Under the pieces are notes generated by a model. That model had not been told where the DNA came from and searched no databases. It was given only the letters and a program-made list of their open reading frames with translations. From Felis catus (Eukaryota), in assembly GCF_018350175.1 (NCBI RefSeq), contig NC_058368.1, forward strand, positions 127,350,001 to 127,414,000: DNA of 64,000 bases, given 5' to 3'. Of this stretch, positions 50,578-64,000 are shown in pieces. The translations under genes and the position numbers were made by a program. Every line of letters begins with the position of its first letter. Position 1 is the first letter of the stretch.

Positions 50578-51016
50578 GGGGTGTTAGGGTAACTCAGTCA
50601 GTTGAGCATATGACTCTTGATTTCAGTTCAGGTGATGATCCCATGGTTGTGGGATAAAGCCCTGTGTCAGGTCCTGCACTGAGCATGGAGCATGCTTAAG
50701 ATTCTCTCTTTCTCGGGGACCCTGTGTGGCTCATTTGGTTAAGTGTCCGATTTCAGCTCAGGTCATGATCTTACGATCCATGAGTTCGAACCCCACATTG
50801 GGCTCTGTGCTGACAGCTCAGAGCTCAGAGCCTGCTTTGGATTCTGTGTCTCCTCTCTCTGCCCCTCCCCCACTCATGCTCTGTCTTGCTCTGTCTCTCA
50901 AAAATAAATAAATAAATAAAAAGATTCTCTCTCTCTCTCTCCCTCCCTCCCTCCCTCAGTCTCTATCCCACTTGTGCATTCTCTCTTTCTCTAAAATAAA
51001 AAATAAAAATAAATAA
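50578..51016 (+). mobile_element. Can-SINE (50715-50920) nested inside an older Can-SINE
   Basis: Outer TSD aaaacaccttctcc at 50563-50576 and 51017-51030; inner TSD aagattctctct(t/c)tctc at 50698-50714 and 50921-50937. Confidence 0.93.
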
Positions 51017-51499
51017 AAAACACCTTCTCCAGCCCTCATCATTTCCATCACTTTGAGAACCAAAGGTCTATATCATTAAAATGCTGGAGTTTGAGTTAAC
51101 TTTTCAGGATATACTCTTCCTGAAAAATATATAAATATATAAAATAATTATCTTTTTTCACAATAAAATATGAGTAAAACTTTATTCTAATATGTAAAGA
51201 GATTTCAAGTTTTTAATTATCATTTATCTAGTAGATATGGTTGATATTTTAAGTGAAATATGAAAAATACTACATATTCTACCCATTTCAAAGGTTCAAT
51301 TGACAAGTTATTTTTCATATGAAATGCCAATATTTTCAATATTTCAAATCTCAGTATTTTTCTTGAGATGTCATTTAATGTCTACTTTTAACAACAACTA
51401 AAATGAAAACAATAGCAAAATGAGAAAGTAAAGAAGAACAAAAATTTGAGATGATATTGAGTACTTCAGAACTGAGAATCTGGCAAATCCTGTTGATTA

Positions 51500-51715
51500 A
51501 ACACCTACTTTCTGAGGCGGACTGTACTAAGCATTGTACTAAGCACACAACATCTCATTTAATCCTTACAGCAATATGATGAGGTAGGGTTCTAAGCCAT
51601 ATTTTCTAGATGAGGAACAAGAGAAGCAAGTATGTTATAGAGCTGCTAAGGGTCATAAAGCTCCACAGTGGAAGAACACGGACGCACCCATGGTTGTCTA
51701 ACTCCAAAGCTCACC
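51500..51715 (-). mobile_element. MIR
   Basis: atctcatttaatccttacagcaa..atgaggtagg..tagatgaggaa..ctaactccaaagc. Confidence 0.75.
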
Positions 51716-52130
51716 CACCAACGCCTTTCAGTATTTAGTACTGCTTACTATGGATGATGTGGCCAAGTCTGTGGAAAAGACAAGCAATATACAAGACACA
51801 AATATTTTTATTTAGCATTAAAAGATATGTCAATTATGGAACCTCACCAGTCAGCAGATAATCAAACACTAAACTGTGCAGTCTTCTTTATGTTAATGGC
51901 ACTTAAAAGAAGTGAAATATCTGAGGTCAAAGAAGGTTACATGGAAGAGATGAACTGGTGGAAACAAGACTTGGAAGGATAGGTAAGATTTCGATAGGAG
52001 GGCAGAGGGCAGAGCATCCCATGTAAGGAGATCAGATGGTTTTCTTTGAGAACAGTTGGGGAGATTGACATAATTAAAAAGAAGAAATCTGGTTCAGGAA
52101 TCACAAGAATTAAAGACAGATTTGGGGGGC

Positions 52131-52353
52131 AGGGCACCTCGGTGGCTCAGTCAGTTAACGTCTGACTTTGGCTCAGGTCATGATCTCATGGTTGGTGGGT
52201 TCGAACCCTGGATCAGGCTCTGTGCTGACAGCTCAGAGCCTGGAGCTGGCTTCAGATTCTAAGTTTTCCTGTCTCTCTCTGCCCCCTCCCCTGCCACTGC
52301 TTCTGCTCCCTCTCTCAAAAATAAATAAATAAACTTAAAAATAAAAAAAAAAA
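52131..52353 (+). mobile_element. Can-SINE
   Basis: gggcacctcggtggctcagtcagttaa..caaaaataaataaa tail. Confidence 0.92.
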
Positions 52354-52519
52354 GGATAGATTGGGTGAGACACAATTGCAGAGTGCTTTGAAGGTCAAGT
52401 AGAAAAAAAAAATCCATGTGTTATATCACTTACTCATCCCGTAAAGATCTATTACATGGGCCAGGGAAAATAAAGAGAACAGAATAACACAGAAAGCCCT
52501 GAAGAGTTCTGTTCACAGT

Positions 52520-52960
52520 TTTGCAGCAATCACTATCAGGCCCATATCCCTTTGGCAATACCATCCTGATGGAATCCTAGTCTAAGCATGGACAGTACTC
52601 CACGTAAGGTCTTGCCTGCATGTAGGCCAGGCTGGAAATGCCAGGAATTAATTCCTAGAAGTAGCCATCAGCCTAGTGAAGATGAAGTTGGATGATAAAT
52701 TCTCCAGTGTCTTTGTATCTTGGATAGGACAATTCTGAAGCAAGTTCTACGTCATTTTCCAGAGGTCCTAATAGGATTGAGCCCAGTGGCCCAGCTCAGT
52801 TACTTGAGCATTAAGGTACCCCGTATGGGCTTTTGACTCCCTTTTCTGTCTCACTTCCCCACTCTCCCACTAGTTTTTCCCCAGATCACCTCCTGAATAA
52901 GACATTTGTACTTGAATCCTTCTCTTGGAGCTTGCTTCTGAGGCAACCCAACCCAGTACC
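52520..52960 (+). mobile_element. ERVL solo LTR (LTR16-like)
   Basis: ggccaggctggaaatgccaggaattaa..ggacaattctga..ccagaggtcc..ggattgagccc..gatcacctcctgaataa..gcttctgaggcaacccaacc. Confidence 0.8.
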
Positions 52961-52964
52961 AATA

Positions 52965-53225
52965 TACAATAGCTCTAGTAACAGCTCACCTGGAAGAGTA
53001 CCAGGGTGCCAGCTACCTTTCTAAGCACTTTACATATGGTACAACATCTCATCTTATCAACAGCCTCTGAGGTACAAACTATTATTACTTCTACTTTACA
53101 AATGAGGAAACTGAGGCAGAGCGAGGTAAAAATAACGTACCCATGGTCACATGACTAGAAAGTTTGGATCCAGGTTTGAATAAAGCACTCTGGGTTGAGA
53201 GTCAGTGCTCTTAGTCACTAAGTTA
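52965..53225 (-). mobile_element. MIR
   Basis: tctaagcactttacat..tttacaaatgaggaaactgaggcaga..ggtcacatgactag. Confidence 0.85.
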
Positions 53226-53702
53226 GCTGTCTTTCTGTGTATGGATATGACCTACTGTAGAGCAATATAAATTAGGCTGTAGGAAGTACAAGGGACTCTA
53301 GAGTAACAGAAGGGGGATTACACTCTAGCAAAGTTCAGGGAAAGCCAACCAAACCAAATTCTGATGGATTAGAGAGTTTGCTATGGCAAAAGGCAAGAGG
53401 GTGGAAGTGCCTTCAACACGAGGTCCATCACACCACAGGGCACTGTCTTCTGACACCAGGGAGCCTCCATCAAGGGTGTTAGAGCAAAGGGTGAAGGGAG
53501 ACCTGGTGGGGCTATTGACTAGACAGGCTCCAGCTTGTTCAGCCCTTCTTTAAAAGTGCAGCGTTTATGTAAAGTTGCTCCTCAACACCTGTCAGATCTT
53601 TATTAAGTATTAGGTCACTGCCAAAGCTTTTACCCGATGGAAGGTTTCTGTGACTTAAAAATACATGTTTATAGCCTCTATGCTAAAGAATGTGTATACC
53701 TA

Positions 53703-53899
53703 GGGGCACCTGGGTCACTCAGTTGGTTAAGCATCTGACTCTTGGTTTTGGCTCAGGTATGATCTCACAGTTCATGGGTTTGAGCTCCACATCGGATTCC
53801 ATGTTGACAGTGTGGGGCCTGCTTGGGATTCTCTTTCTCCCTCTCACTCTGTCCCTCCCCCATGCTCTCTCTCTCTCTCTCTCAAAATAAATAAACATA

Positions 53900-53944
<45 letters not shown>

Positions 53945-54022
53945 GTATATATATATATACATAGACATAGACATAGACATGTACATATATATATATATAT
54001 ATATATATACATACATATATAT
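53703..54022 (+). mobile_element. Can-SINE with TA-rich microsatellite tail
   Basis: ggggcacctgggtcactcagttggttaag..; (TA)n/(CA)n/(CATAGA)n from ~53906. Confidence 0.9.
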
Positions 54023-55169
54023 CTACTGTGTAATAAGGAGGGGAATAACACCAATACTAATAGAAGCTAGCATTTATATATGGAGTTAGAAAGGCAGAGG
54101 CCAGAGGAGGCAAGGCCTTATGCTTGCTGTCTTGTATGCAATGTAGAGCCAATACATTTTCTAGGCGAGAGAAGAGCTACAAAGGATATGATTCTTTTAG
54201 AGTGTGATCTGATAACACAAGATGGATGAGAAAGAGAAGAGCCACAGGTGGAGTCTGGTCTCTATCTGACAACTGTATCCCGTCTTTTGAAAAAAATAAC
54301 TAAAATGTAACATAAATGTTATAAATGAAGAAACAGACATATAAATGAAGAAACGGGCCAGCTGCAGAATTAAGTTACACAATTTTTTTTTTCTGGCCAG
54401 AAAGATAAAACACAGATCTCTTCAAGAAAAGAAAGATTCCTATAAATAAAGCAAAAGAACTTGTTATTAGTTTTACAGAAATAATTAGTGTCTTAGACAA
54501 GGAGGTGATTCGTAGCAATAGCATTTGGATTTTGTAGGTAAACACATTTCAGCAGGATGGCTACCTCTGCAAACGCTGTTAGACTCTCCCCAGTATCAGA
54601 AAGCAAGATGTGTGGGGATGATTTATACTCAAGATGACAATTTTTATAAAAATTTTACTTATCCAAAGACCTGGACTGTTTCCTGGAAAACAAAAACTAA
54701 TCTTGAGAGCACTAAATTCCAGGTACACAAATTTGGAAATGTAATTTTGCACTCTAAAGCACCAATCGAGCACCTACTATGTGCCAGGCACTGTGTTAGG
54801 AACAGCAAATCTAATGATGAAGGACATGAGTAAGACAATCCAATCCCTAAGGTGAAAATTCATCCTGTATGAAGCAGGAGCTGATTCAAAACAGGAGAGC
54901 ACAGCAGCTTTCCAAGGGTAGGTGATTCTTGCTGGGTAAGAGAGATGAGGAGGAATGCATCATTCCCCATAATTCAAGGGCAACCCAAGGCGGTACGTCT
55001 TGTATATGCAGAAAAGTTCCACGAAGGTGATACACAGAAGAAGTTTTGTCCTCCAAGTGATCTAGAGCTGGTGGGCAGCCCGAGGCTGGAGGGACCTGTA
55101 ACTGAGCAACTAGATTACTCTAGGCAACCTGGCTACCCTCTAAGAGCCTAGTCTCCTGATCTGGGCGAT

Positions 55170-55360
55170 AACAGTAGTTACCATTAATTGGTTACTTACT
55201 GGATGGCAGGTGCCCTTCCAAGCATGTGACAGGTTTTCTCATTTAATTTTCACAGCAACCCTATGAAGTGAGAACTATTTATTGTCCCTAGTTGACAAGA
55301 AGTAAACTGAAGCGCAGAGAGGTTAGATAACTTACCAAAGGTTGTACCCTTAGGAAGTAG
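55170..55360 (-). mobile_element. MIR
   Basis: ctcatttaattttcacagcaaccctatgaag..aaactgaagcgcagagaggttagataactt. Confidence 0.8.
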
Positions 55361-57134
55361 ATAGCACACCCTCAGGCATGGATTTGGGGAGAATCTTTGC
55401 CAAATTAGATAATTATATAAAAAGCTTAGTACCTTCCTGGCATTAAAGAACCTTTCAAAGGTGATATTTATTATTATCTTTATTATATGTATAGCATATG
55501 TTTGCTTGTTTCATCTCAAACCATGGCGTGATAATGCTATTTGAATAATGCAAAAAAATTAATATTCCAACTGGGTAATTTTTATTACTCATCCTTTTCA
55601 CCACACACACTCATTTATTGAGGACAACTTTGCAGAGCACCTACTATAAGTGACACTGTGTCATGTGCTAGGTCTATAAAATAGAACAAAGTAGTCATGG
55701 CCACTCATGAATAGAATGCAATATGATTGGCTACTATGAAGTCTCAAAGGTTAGCCTGGTCACAGAAAGTTCCCCGAAGTGAAAAGATATGCAGTGAAGG
55801 CTCAGCAGAACGTGGTCATCTTTAACATGGTGACACCCTGATCTACCTTAGCATTCAACCCGTCTCAAAAATCAAACCTGTGTGGATTAATTTCCAGCAA
55901 ATGGGATTTTTCAACAAGTATTTTCTAGTTTTAAAACCCGAATGCCAAGGACTCCACGCCCACTTATGACTTGTGAGGTCTCTTCCACTACTCTTGACAT
56001 GGGTTTCAGTGTGCCCACTCTCCACTGCCAGCTTCCCTTTCTTCTCTAAAACATGAAGCGCTTCTCCATAATTATGTAAATTATTGGTTTTAAATTTACT
56101 GAGCAAATACGCATACACAAACAAGCCAACGGCAAGGTTTCTGATACTGAGAATTTCATTCCATGTTGTTTCTTTAGACTGGATGGCAGCTAGCTGAGGG
56201 AAGATCCTGAGATCTTTGACCAAGAGAAGAGTGGGGAAGACGTAAGGGACACATAAATGGTATGTGACTAATATTTTCTAAGCTACTGTGAATATCAGCC
56301 TTAATGGACGGCAGGTTGACATCTGACCCCTGAATAAGGCTGATGTGTAAAGTGTAGCTGTGTGAAGACGGAGTTATGCCAAATGCTTAAGGCTGAGAGA
56401 TTAAGGGTTTTCCTCAGGGGGGAGCAAACACTTCAGGAAGGCATCAGGGTTCAGTCTCTGCATAATTTGTTGATCACTGAATTACTGCTCAGCGTCCCCT
56501 TCAGACAAAGGACAGTTAAGCCCAAACAATACAGAAATGAGTAAGTTAATCAGTTAAGACACAGAATCTTAGGTTTTATAGCATCGTTAGTGATCATTTA
56601 GTTCAACCTCCTCACCTTCCAATTTAAAAGGAAAACATGACAACTCCAAGAAAGGGAATAATGAAGCTCCCTTATAAGTGACTGGGACTGTTTTGGACCT
56701 TATTTAGATGTTGAGAGCTGCAGCAGAAATCTCACAAAGAAAGCCCATGCAAAGTAATTATGTGCACGGAACAACAAGAATATTAAGGAGGAAGCTCTAC
56801 TGACCTCAGAGAAAGTGCTGATGATTAGAAAAGATGAAAGGAATTCATAATATCTTCTCAACTCACTATACACTATAGGGTTTATAATTAACAGCCTCAA
56901 AAACCTATTCGAGAAGTTGCTTTAATTTGTATCTTACATTTCACATTCTTTCCCCCAGATATCATGGAAACATAAAAGATAATGCAAATTTATAAATATT
57001 TAAAAATAAGTTATGCCAGTTCTGGCTAAAGTCGTATTATGTTTTGTCATTTTCAGTAAGTTTCTCAGAGACGGGTGACACTTGCAAGTCAACTTCAGAA
57101 GGGTTTTGAAGAAATCTGTGTAAAAGCAGGTCAC

Positions 57135-57182
<48 letters not shown>

Positions 57183-57599
57183 GGATTTTTGACATCCCAA
57201 CATAAACCACAGAAAGGTTCCTATTAAAAAGTGAACAAAGCTGAATCATTTTTCTTTCTCTTCCAACTGTGATTTTTATGCATTTGAAGGTAAAATTCAA
57301 AGCAAACATCCTAGAGCTTCTATTTGTCACCCATGAGTTATTTCCAGGAAGCTTAGGAAATCTCACATTTCCAAAATTAGGTCATAACACTGGAACTGCA
57401 ATCTAATTAATATGTTCATACAACAGCCTCCACCGCTACCAAGTAGAAAACGCCAACAACGAAATCAATTCCACATTCTTTGGAATCCCCAAGAACATAA
57501 TCAACGGCAGAAATGCTAATGACAAAACAGTTTCCCAATTTAGTCATCAAGAACTGCATGCATATTTCTGTCACTTATCTGCCCATTTTCCTGACATAA

Positions 57600-58370
57600 T
57601 ACTTAGTGACCTTGTACATCCATATCACTGACTTTTTTCAACCTGCTTGATATCATATACTTCCCTCTTCAGCAGCCTTTCCAACTGCCCACAGAAACTG
57701 TTCCACAACCTGGCCAACCTCCTTCACTTGCTTCCACATGGTCCTCCCTCTGAGGTACAATCTTGAATTCCATTTCCCAAAGAAAACAGCATGAGACCAA
57801 AACTCCCTCAGCTTCTCCTTCCACCTCCCTCAACTCTATGTTATTCGCATCCATCCTCCTTTTTCTCCCTCCCGTCTGGGAGGAAATCATGTCCTTCACT
57901 TCCCTGATCCTCTCTCTGGACACTTCCTTTGGGCTGTGCCCTTTGCCCCTTAAAAGTACCCGGTATCCCTTACTAACTACTCTGCCCCCCACTCTCTCTC
58001 CCTCCTTCTGTCCTCATCCAAAATTTTGCAAGTCGTGTGCATTAATTTTCTCCTCTTTTATAACCCCTGAAATAGAACTCACTCTGAGATGTTCCCTTAA
58101 ACCACTCTCCAAAGGGTTGCCAGTAACTTCTAATTCTGAAATCCATCAGGTATATTTTTAGTTCCTCATTTCTAGACTTCTTTAAACTATTTGGACCAGC
58201 CGTTTGTCTCTCCCTTTGAATTCCTGTAACACTTTGTATATACCTATATGTTCCCTACCATTCTGTACTTATTTGTTTCTGTGGCTGTTCTTCTCAATAG
58301 TCTCTGAGTATCCTCAAGGCAGGACTGTTATCATATGTACGTGGGTGTCCCCTATGCTTAAATGAATCAG
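57600..58370 (+). mobile_element. L2 fragments
   Basis: Pyrimidine-rich L2-like motifs (aaaccactctcc..aaatcca..tgtaacactt..ctcaaggcaggact). Confidence 0.5.
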
Positions 58371-58428
58371 TATGTTCCACGTGTTCTAAGCCAATTGAAT
58401 AAGAATGACATTTTTTGGCAGCTAAGAT

Positions 58429-58585
58429 ATTGAGGCAGAGAAAGAGAGGGAAACAGAATTCAAAGCAGGCTCCAGGCTCTGAGCTGTCAGCACAGAGCCT
58501 GACATGGGGTTCAAACTCATGAGCCGTGAGATCATGACCTGAGCTGAAGTTGGATGCTTAACCGACTGAGCCACCCACGCGCCCC
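58429..58585 (-). mobile_element. Can-SINE lacking its tail
   Basis: aagcaggctccaggctctgagctgtcagcacagagcc..tgagccacccacgcgcccc. Confidence 0.88.
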
Positions 58586-58625
58586 TGGAAAGTGTTAATA
58601 TTCTTTACCTGTGCAAAAAAAAAAA

Positions 58626-58627
<2 letters not shown>

Positions 58628-58672
<45 letters not shown>
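58628..58672. repeat. Perfect (TA)n microsatellite
   Basis: Directly visible. Confidence 0.97.
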
Positions 58673-58675
<3 letters not shown>

Positions 58676-59354
58676 TAATGACGTGTAATTAGAAGATTTT
58701 GAAGAAAATAATAATAATGTAACAAAACCCAAAACTTACATGACCTTTTACTGTCAGCAAAGCACTCTCAAAAACATCTCATCTGACGGTCAAAACTGCC
58801 CTTCAAGGTTGAGGTGGAGCCTACGTCAAAGCAGGGCAACGGCTGTGCAGTTTGATCACTGCCCAACAGCACAGCAAGCCAAGATCAACTCATGCTTGCT
58901 CCACTTGCTGACTAGATGCCCAGAGGAAGGGATGTCTTTTGCTTTGCACAGAGGCTCTATCCATTCATGAAACACCACACTCGGCATTTCTAATTCATCT
59001 GCCTGAAGTGGGGCATCTTTCCTAAAATATCTGCCTAGAGAAGCACCTTTCTCTAATCCACAAAAAGGACCCCATAGACCAGAGTGCCACTGGGAACATG
59101 ATTCACCTCAAATTCCTTGTAAAATTTCCGATTCGGAGAAAACACAAAAAGAGCTGCTAACATGGCTGAAGGACAGATAATATGCTAACAGGACCCGGAA
59201 GGGGTTCTCGGGGAAAGGCCGCTGACATTCGCTAGGCATCCCATTTACTTACCCCACTTGCTAACTAACAGTGAAATTGCTTCTTTTCTCTGCTCTTACT
59301 GCTAATCTGCTTTCCAGAAGGTCCAGAGACAGAGTGCTAAGGCATCTGCCACAG

Positions 59355-59620
59355 AACAACATATGGTGATAAAAAACACATTGGGTTTTAAATTGAGGCC
59401 GGACTGGGGTTTTGAGTGGATCAGCAACCCAAAGTAATAGATATGGCAACTTGAGCAAGTTATTTTCCTGATATGAGCATTACTTTCCTCATCTGCAAAC
59501 AGGAATTCAAACAAGACCCACCTCTAAAAGTTACCATTGCCATTAAATGATGTAATTTACGTGAAAACAGGTAGCATGTGCATAGGTGGGTGGTTGGGAA
59601 ATGGTGTTCAATCAGTGTTC
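59355..59620 (+). mobile_element. MIR
   Basis: cttgagcaagttatt..tttcctcatctgcaaa..attaaatgatgtaat..gtgaaa. Confidence 0.7.
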
Positions 59621-60216
59621 TTCTATGAAGTATGCAGTGGTTATATTTGTTACCTATATTTTAAGAAATTCACTGGAGAGGTTTTAGCATGTCGTGGTTT
59701 AGCAGTCTGATAAGTTATCATTACCTACGTGCTATGAGAGTTTTTTAACAGTCTACTCTTCAACACAAAGCAGGGAAGAATCTGCTGTAGTCACTTCACA
59801 CAGGTGATGAAGAGCTCAGAGAGCTTGCACAAGGTCATATAAAACATTAACACCAGAATTTAGAGCTGGAAACCTGAGGCATTTTTGTTTTGTTTGTCCC
59901 TAGGCAATAACCCAACTATATAAAATCTCAGTTATCTACCCTTGAAACAAATACATATCCCACAATTTCATACAATATAATCTCTAGTTGACAATCTTAA
60001 GTATGTTTAAGGCTGGTTTCTCTAACAACTGGAAACACCATCCAAGAGTCCATCAAGTGAGAAACAGCTACAGCAGTTAATTTATGGCTCAGAGACATTT
60101 GAAGCTATTGTAAAAAAGATGGGAACGATGCTACAGGTAGACAAGGTATTAGTGAGCATTCATGGTTGTGGAGTATGATCAAAGGAGAAGAGGAAGAGGT
60201 AAAGTGTGGTTACTGT

Positions 60217-60270
60217 GGAAGGAAGGAAGGAAGGAAGGAAGGAAGGAAGGAAGGAAGGGAGGGAGGAAGG
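60217..60270. repeat. (GGAA)n microsatellite
   Basis: Directly visible, about 10 perfect units. Confidence 0.97.
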
Positions 60271-61467
60271 ACGAATGGGGTTTGTAACCTGTAGCAACTT
60301 AGAAACTGTTTAAGGTTCCTCCTTACAATTTTCTTCCTCTCAGAATTCTGAACTATTCTCCTTTTCCTTGACTTGTCTATTTTTCTCTGAACCCAGATAC
60401 CTAAACATTAGTGGAAGGAACTCAGTAATAGCTAAAAGGGATACAGAAACTAGGAGGTTGAGTGGGAAGTGAAGAACTTAATACCTTTTCCAAAATTCAT
60501 AAGATTTCATTTTCACATGATGGAGAGTATTTTTTCCCTTTCTTTCTTTCTTTTGTAAGGACTATCTAAAGCCTTTCTGACATGGGCCCCCCACTTGGCC
60601 CATTGAGGATGTAACCTGTCAGCATTTGAAAGTGCACAATTTTACTACAGTGGAAAATCTGCCAAGACTAAAAATTACATTTAATTTCTATAAGTTGTGG
60701 GCATGCTGGTATGACTGATGGCCACTGTATTCCTCTGTCATACCACCCCATAATCGATTTCTACAAAAAATGTGACTTTTTATTTTTATTTTAAAAGTGT
60801 AAGATACTGCCAACAGACACTAAGAAGAAAACAGCTAGAGTCAATAAAAGAGAGTAAAATAGAAAACCTAGAGAAAAATTATGTGTTTAATAAGATCAAC
60901 ATTTCATCTAAAAGAAAGGCTTTGCTCTATTATTCCTAAACCTGAATTTCTGCCTCAAACCATGGCTGACTGCGATTGAGCCACGGGAATTTGTGAATAA
61001 GATAAGATTGTATAATTATGATCTCTACCTAAACTCTACTGGCCATAAGTTGTATTCGGCCCTAACAGGAATTCAGAATCAACCTGAGAGTTTCATATTA
61101 GCATTCTAGAATGTATGAATAGTTTTGTCACTCTGGGGAAGAGGTGGTTTTGAAACGAGAGCAGCAATGACCTGAAATCTCATTAGAAGACAGATAAACA
61201 CTGGCAGAAATTTTAGGTTGACTAAAATTGAGCACAGCTCAATTTTGTCCTTCAACGCATATACAGTCAAACGCAATGTTTCTCCCACTCACTAAAATTC
61301 TCATCAGACAAGTGAGATTATATTGGCCAACATCTAAACTCTGGACAATGCAATTCTTGGCGGAGTTTCTATAGTTTCAATACATGAAGGAAAGGAGAAC
61401 TTAAAAGATGAGATGCTAAAAGGCTAGACAACAAGGATGATCCTTGCATTAAGAATCAGGCCAGCCT

Positions 61468-61670
61468 GGGGGTGCCTGGGTGGCTCAGTCGGTTAAGCCT
61501 CCGACTTTGGCTCTGGTCATGATCTCTTGGTTTATGGGTGCTGACAGCTCAGAGCCTGGAGCCTGCTTCGGATTCTGTGTCTCCCTCTATCTTTGCCCCT
61601 CCCCCCCCCCCACACTCTGTCTCTCTCTCCTTCAAAAAATAAACATACAAAAAAAAAAAAAAAAAAAAAA
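61468..61670 (+). mobile_element. Can-SINE with internal deletion and long poly(A)
   Basis: TSD aagaatcaggccagcct (61451-61467) / aagaatgaggccagcct (61669-61685). Confidence 0.93.
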
Positions 61671-63614
61671 GAATGAGGCCAGCCTACCTTTCTCTGATTA
61701 TTTATTAACTGAATTTTCTGGTGAAATATATATATGCACCTAAACACATATAGGCACATATTGTTGATACATTGATTTATATCTTGTTTCATTCCATAAA
61801 CGACTTGGATCAAAGAAAACAAAATGAGTAAGTACGTGAGTTTAACCCTTGGTTTATACAAGAACAATCAAAGTATGCCTTGCTAGAGTAAACCTTCTAG
61901 GAACCTGGGAAGGTAAGACCAATGAAAGGATGTGGGGGCCCAGAAAAAAGGGAACGAAGCCTCACTGGTGATTCAAGTTACCATAATCAACCCATTCTGC
62001 CTATTGATTGGAGTCACCTCTCAGCAACACAAAGAAAGTTTGATAAAAGCTTTTAAAATCCTAAGCACCAAATAAGTAAGATAGTTAATCACCGTCCACA
62101 GTCACTAATCCCAAATCTCCCTCAGGTTTCCTCAAAGAAGCACCTGAGATTAGCACTGTGCAGCCTCCTGTGGCAGGGCTGTTTGGCTTCTGTTTCCCAA
62201 TCTCTTCTCTCAGAGTCATCTGAGTCCATCATGAAAAGGAGGCAAAGATATTTAATACCCTCCTAAATCTTGTAAATATATGTTTCAGTTGCATTTGACA
62301 TAGCCCTGGTGTTTCTGTCATAAAATTATAGCATTTTTATAAATCAGACCACACAAAGTTGTTATACTTTAACGTAAAGCAAAAATCTATAGACATATGC
62401 TAGGAACACTACGTTATGTCATTCTTGTTGGATGCCTGCATACACTTCTATGGCATGATGCTTCTGAAGAGTCCTCTTAATTGCTACTAAATGCAGTTTA
62501 AATTCCTAGAAAGCTGACGTGCATTTCCCTTCTTCCAACCATGCAAGAAGACCCACTCCTGTCTTGCCCGACTATCACTAGAGTCTCACAACTCACCAGA
62601 ATACAAAATAAGAAGTGCCCCATAGTACTTATTTACCCAGTGAGACAAACCCTAATCTTTGTTTGGCTTGGAAGTAAAAAGGTCAACAAGTGTAATGGAA
62701 AGAAGCCTTCGCAATAAAATTCTCCAGCAAATATTTCTAATGGAGCTTTAAACAAGAAAAGCACATTCGTCGTGCCACTCTCTTAGCACTTAAGGATTAG
62801 TGTTCTATTAAGACAAGTAATAAGACCACTTATTTAACTTGTAACCAATAAACAATGAATTTGTAATACTATTGCTCAATTCTCAACACACTATCCATAG
62901 GGCGGGAGGATGACAGTCCAAGTATGAGCACTATACATGGGCTTCTATTTGAATCCAAGGATTCTGATGAATTTTTGAAGACCTCTCTAGATCTCAATTT
63001 TCCCTCCTTCTTGCTCCTCAAAAAGCAGAAGAGAGAGAGAGCACACACCTCTTTGTCCTGCCTATCCAAAGGGTGAGAGCCTTCAGAGAGATGAGCCAGA
63101 GATGAAACCAAAGCACATATCTCCTTTAAAATGTTTATTAGTCCCTGGCATTGATCTGTTGCCAACTTCTGATCTGCCCCTTTGTGGAAAAAAAAAAGAA
63201 AGAAAAGAAAAGAGAAGAAGAAAAAAAGAAGAGACCTACATGTGAAAAGGAGGAAAGAGAGACTTTGAAGAGGAAAACGGAGAACAACCTGGCAAATCCT
63301 ATCTTCTTAGCACAGTAATTCATGAGCACGGAATCTAATCCAATAGGGACTCTTACAGCAGGACAAAGGAAAGGAAGGTTTTCTGTCAACAAACACCTAG
63401 AATCTCTTACTGCAGTACTGAAAGGTGAGGTTATAAATAAAAGGAAAACAATTGGGCAAGTTGAGAAACAAGCACAACACTAATTGGGTCACCTGGAAAA
63501 AAAAAACACCACCTTCTTCCTTTGAGGTCAACGTCTTATTAATGAATCCTTCTAGAGGGCCCAGGCAAGAATGGACATACAGAACACTCACTCTCCACAT
63601 TGGCTCAGTTTGCC

Positions 63615-63622
63615 ACAACAAT

Positions 63623-63656
<34 letters not shown>

Positions 63657-63665
63657 ACGACGACA
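63615..63665. repeat. (AAC)n microsatellite grading into (GAC)n
   Basis: Directly visible. Confidence 0.95.
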
Positions 63666-64000
63666 AGAGATTGGCACATGATGCATTGAAGTGTAAGAAG
63701 GGCTACCTAGCTTCAGGCACAAAGGAAAACCACCAGGACTCTAACTTCTTTTTACAGCTTTCAAACATACATATTACAGATCTAGAGGAGCATGAATAAG
63801 CACATTTGCATTCTTTGAAAAACTATACAGTTGAATAGCTCATTTCTTTCTTGTTAAAAAGTAGAGGTGAGGTAAATGTAACAAAGTAAGAGGTGGTTAT
63901 AATGAACATTAGGTATTCAAAGAGCACCTGCTCCCTACCTATTGCAACATAAACAAATGGGTCCAAACATCAGAGCTTAGGCAGAACAAAAACTGTTGCT

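Noticed and set aside
1..64000. A host gene or a novel multi-gene system spanning the window
   Set aside because: I found no chain of in-frame exons, CpG island or unexplained long ORF. Nearly all structure is explained by known repeat classes. An enclosing large intron cannot be excluded without alignment.

Overview
This is AT-rich, repeat-rich eutherian genomic DNA, almost certainly felid, because it carries about 24 tRNA-derived Can-SINEs including near-consensus SINEC_Fc-type copies. I could not support any intact protein-coding exon, RNA gene or CpG island, so the window looks intergenic or deep intronic. The only gene-derived feature is a 5'-truncated, intronless, heavily disabled retropseudogene of a SCAN-KRAB-C2H2 zinc-finger gene, best matching ZKSCAN4 (paralog ZKSCAN3), at about 8927-10496. 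It runs directly into an L1 3' end with no poly(A) between them. The rest is layered transposon debris (L1, L2, CR1/L3, MIR, MER5, MaLR/ERVL LTRs, Can-SINEs with target-site duplications), microsatellites and short tandem duplications. Repeat family names come from recalled consensus sequences, not a database search, and boundaries of old elements are approximate. I do not see a credible novel biological system. The best leads are the retrocopy-L1 chimera, young and nested insertions, inverted SINE pairs and a few candidate regulatory motifs.
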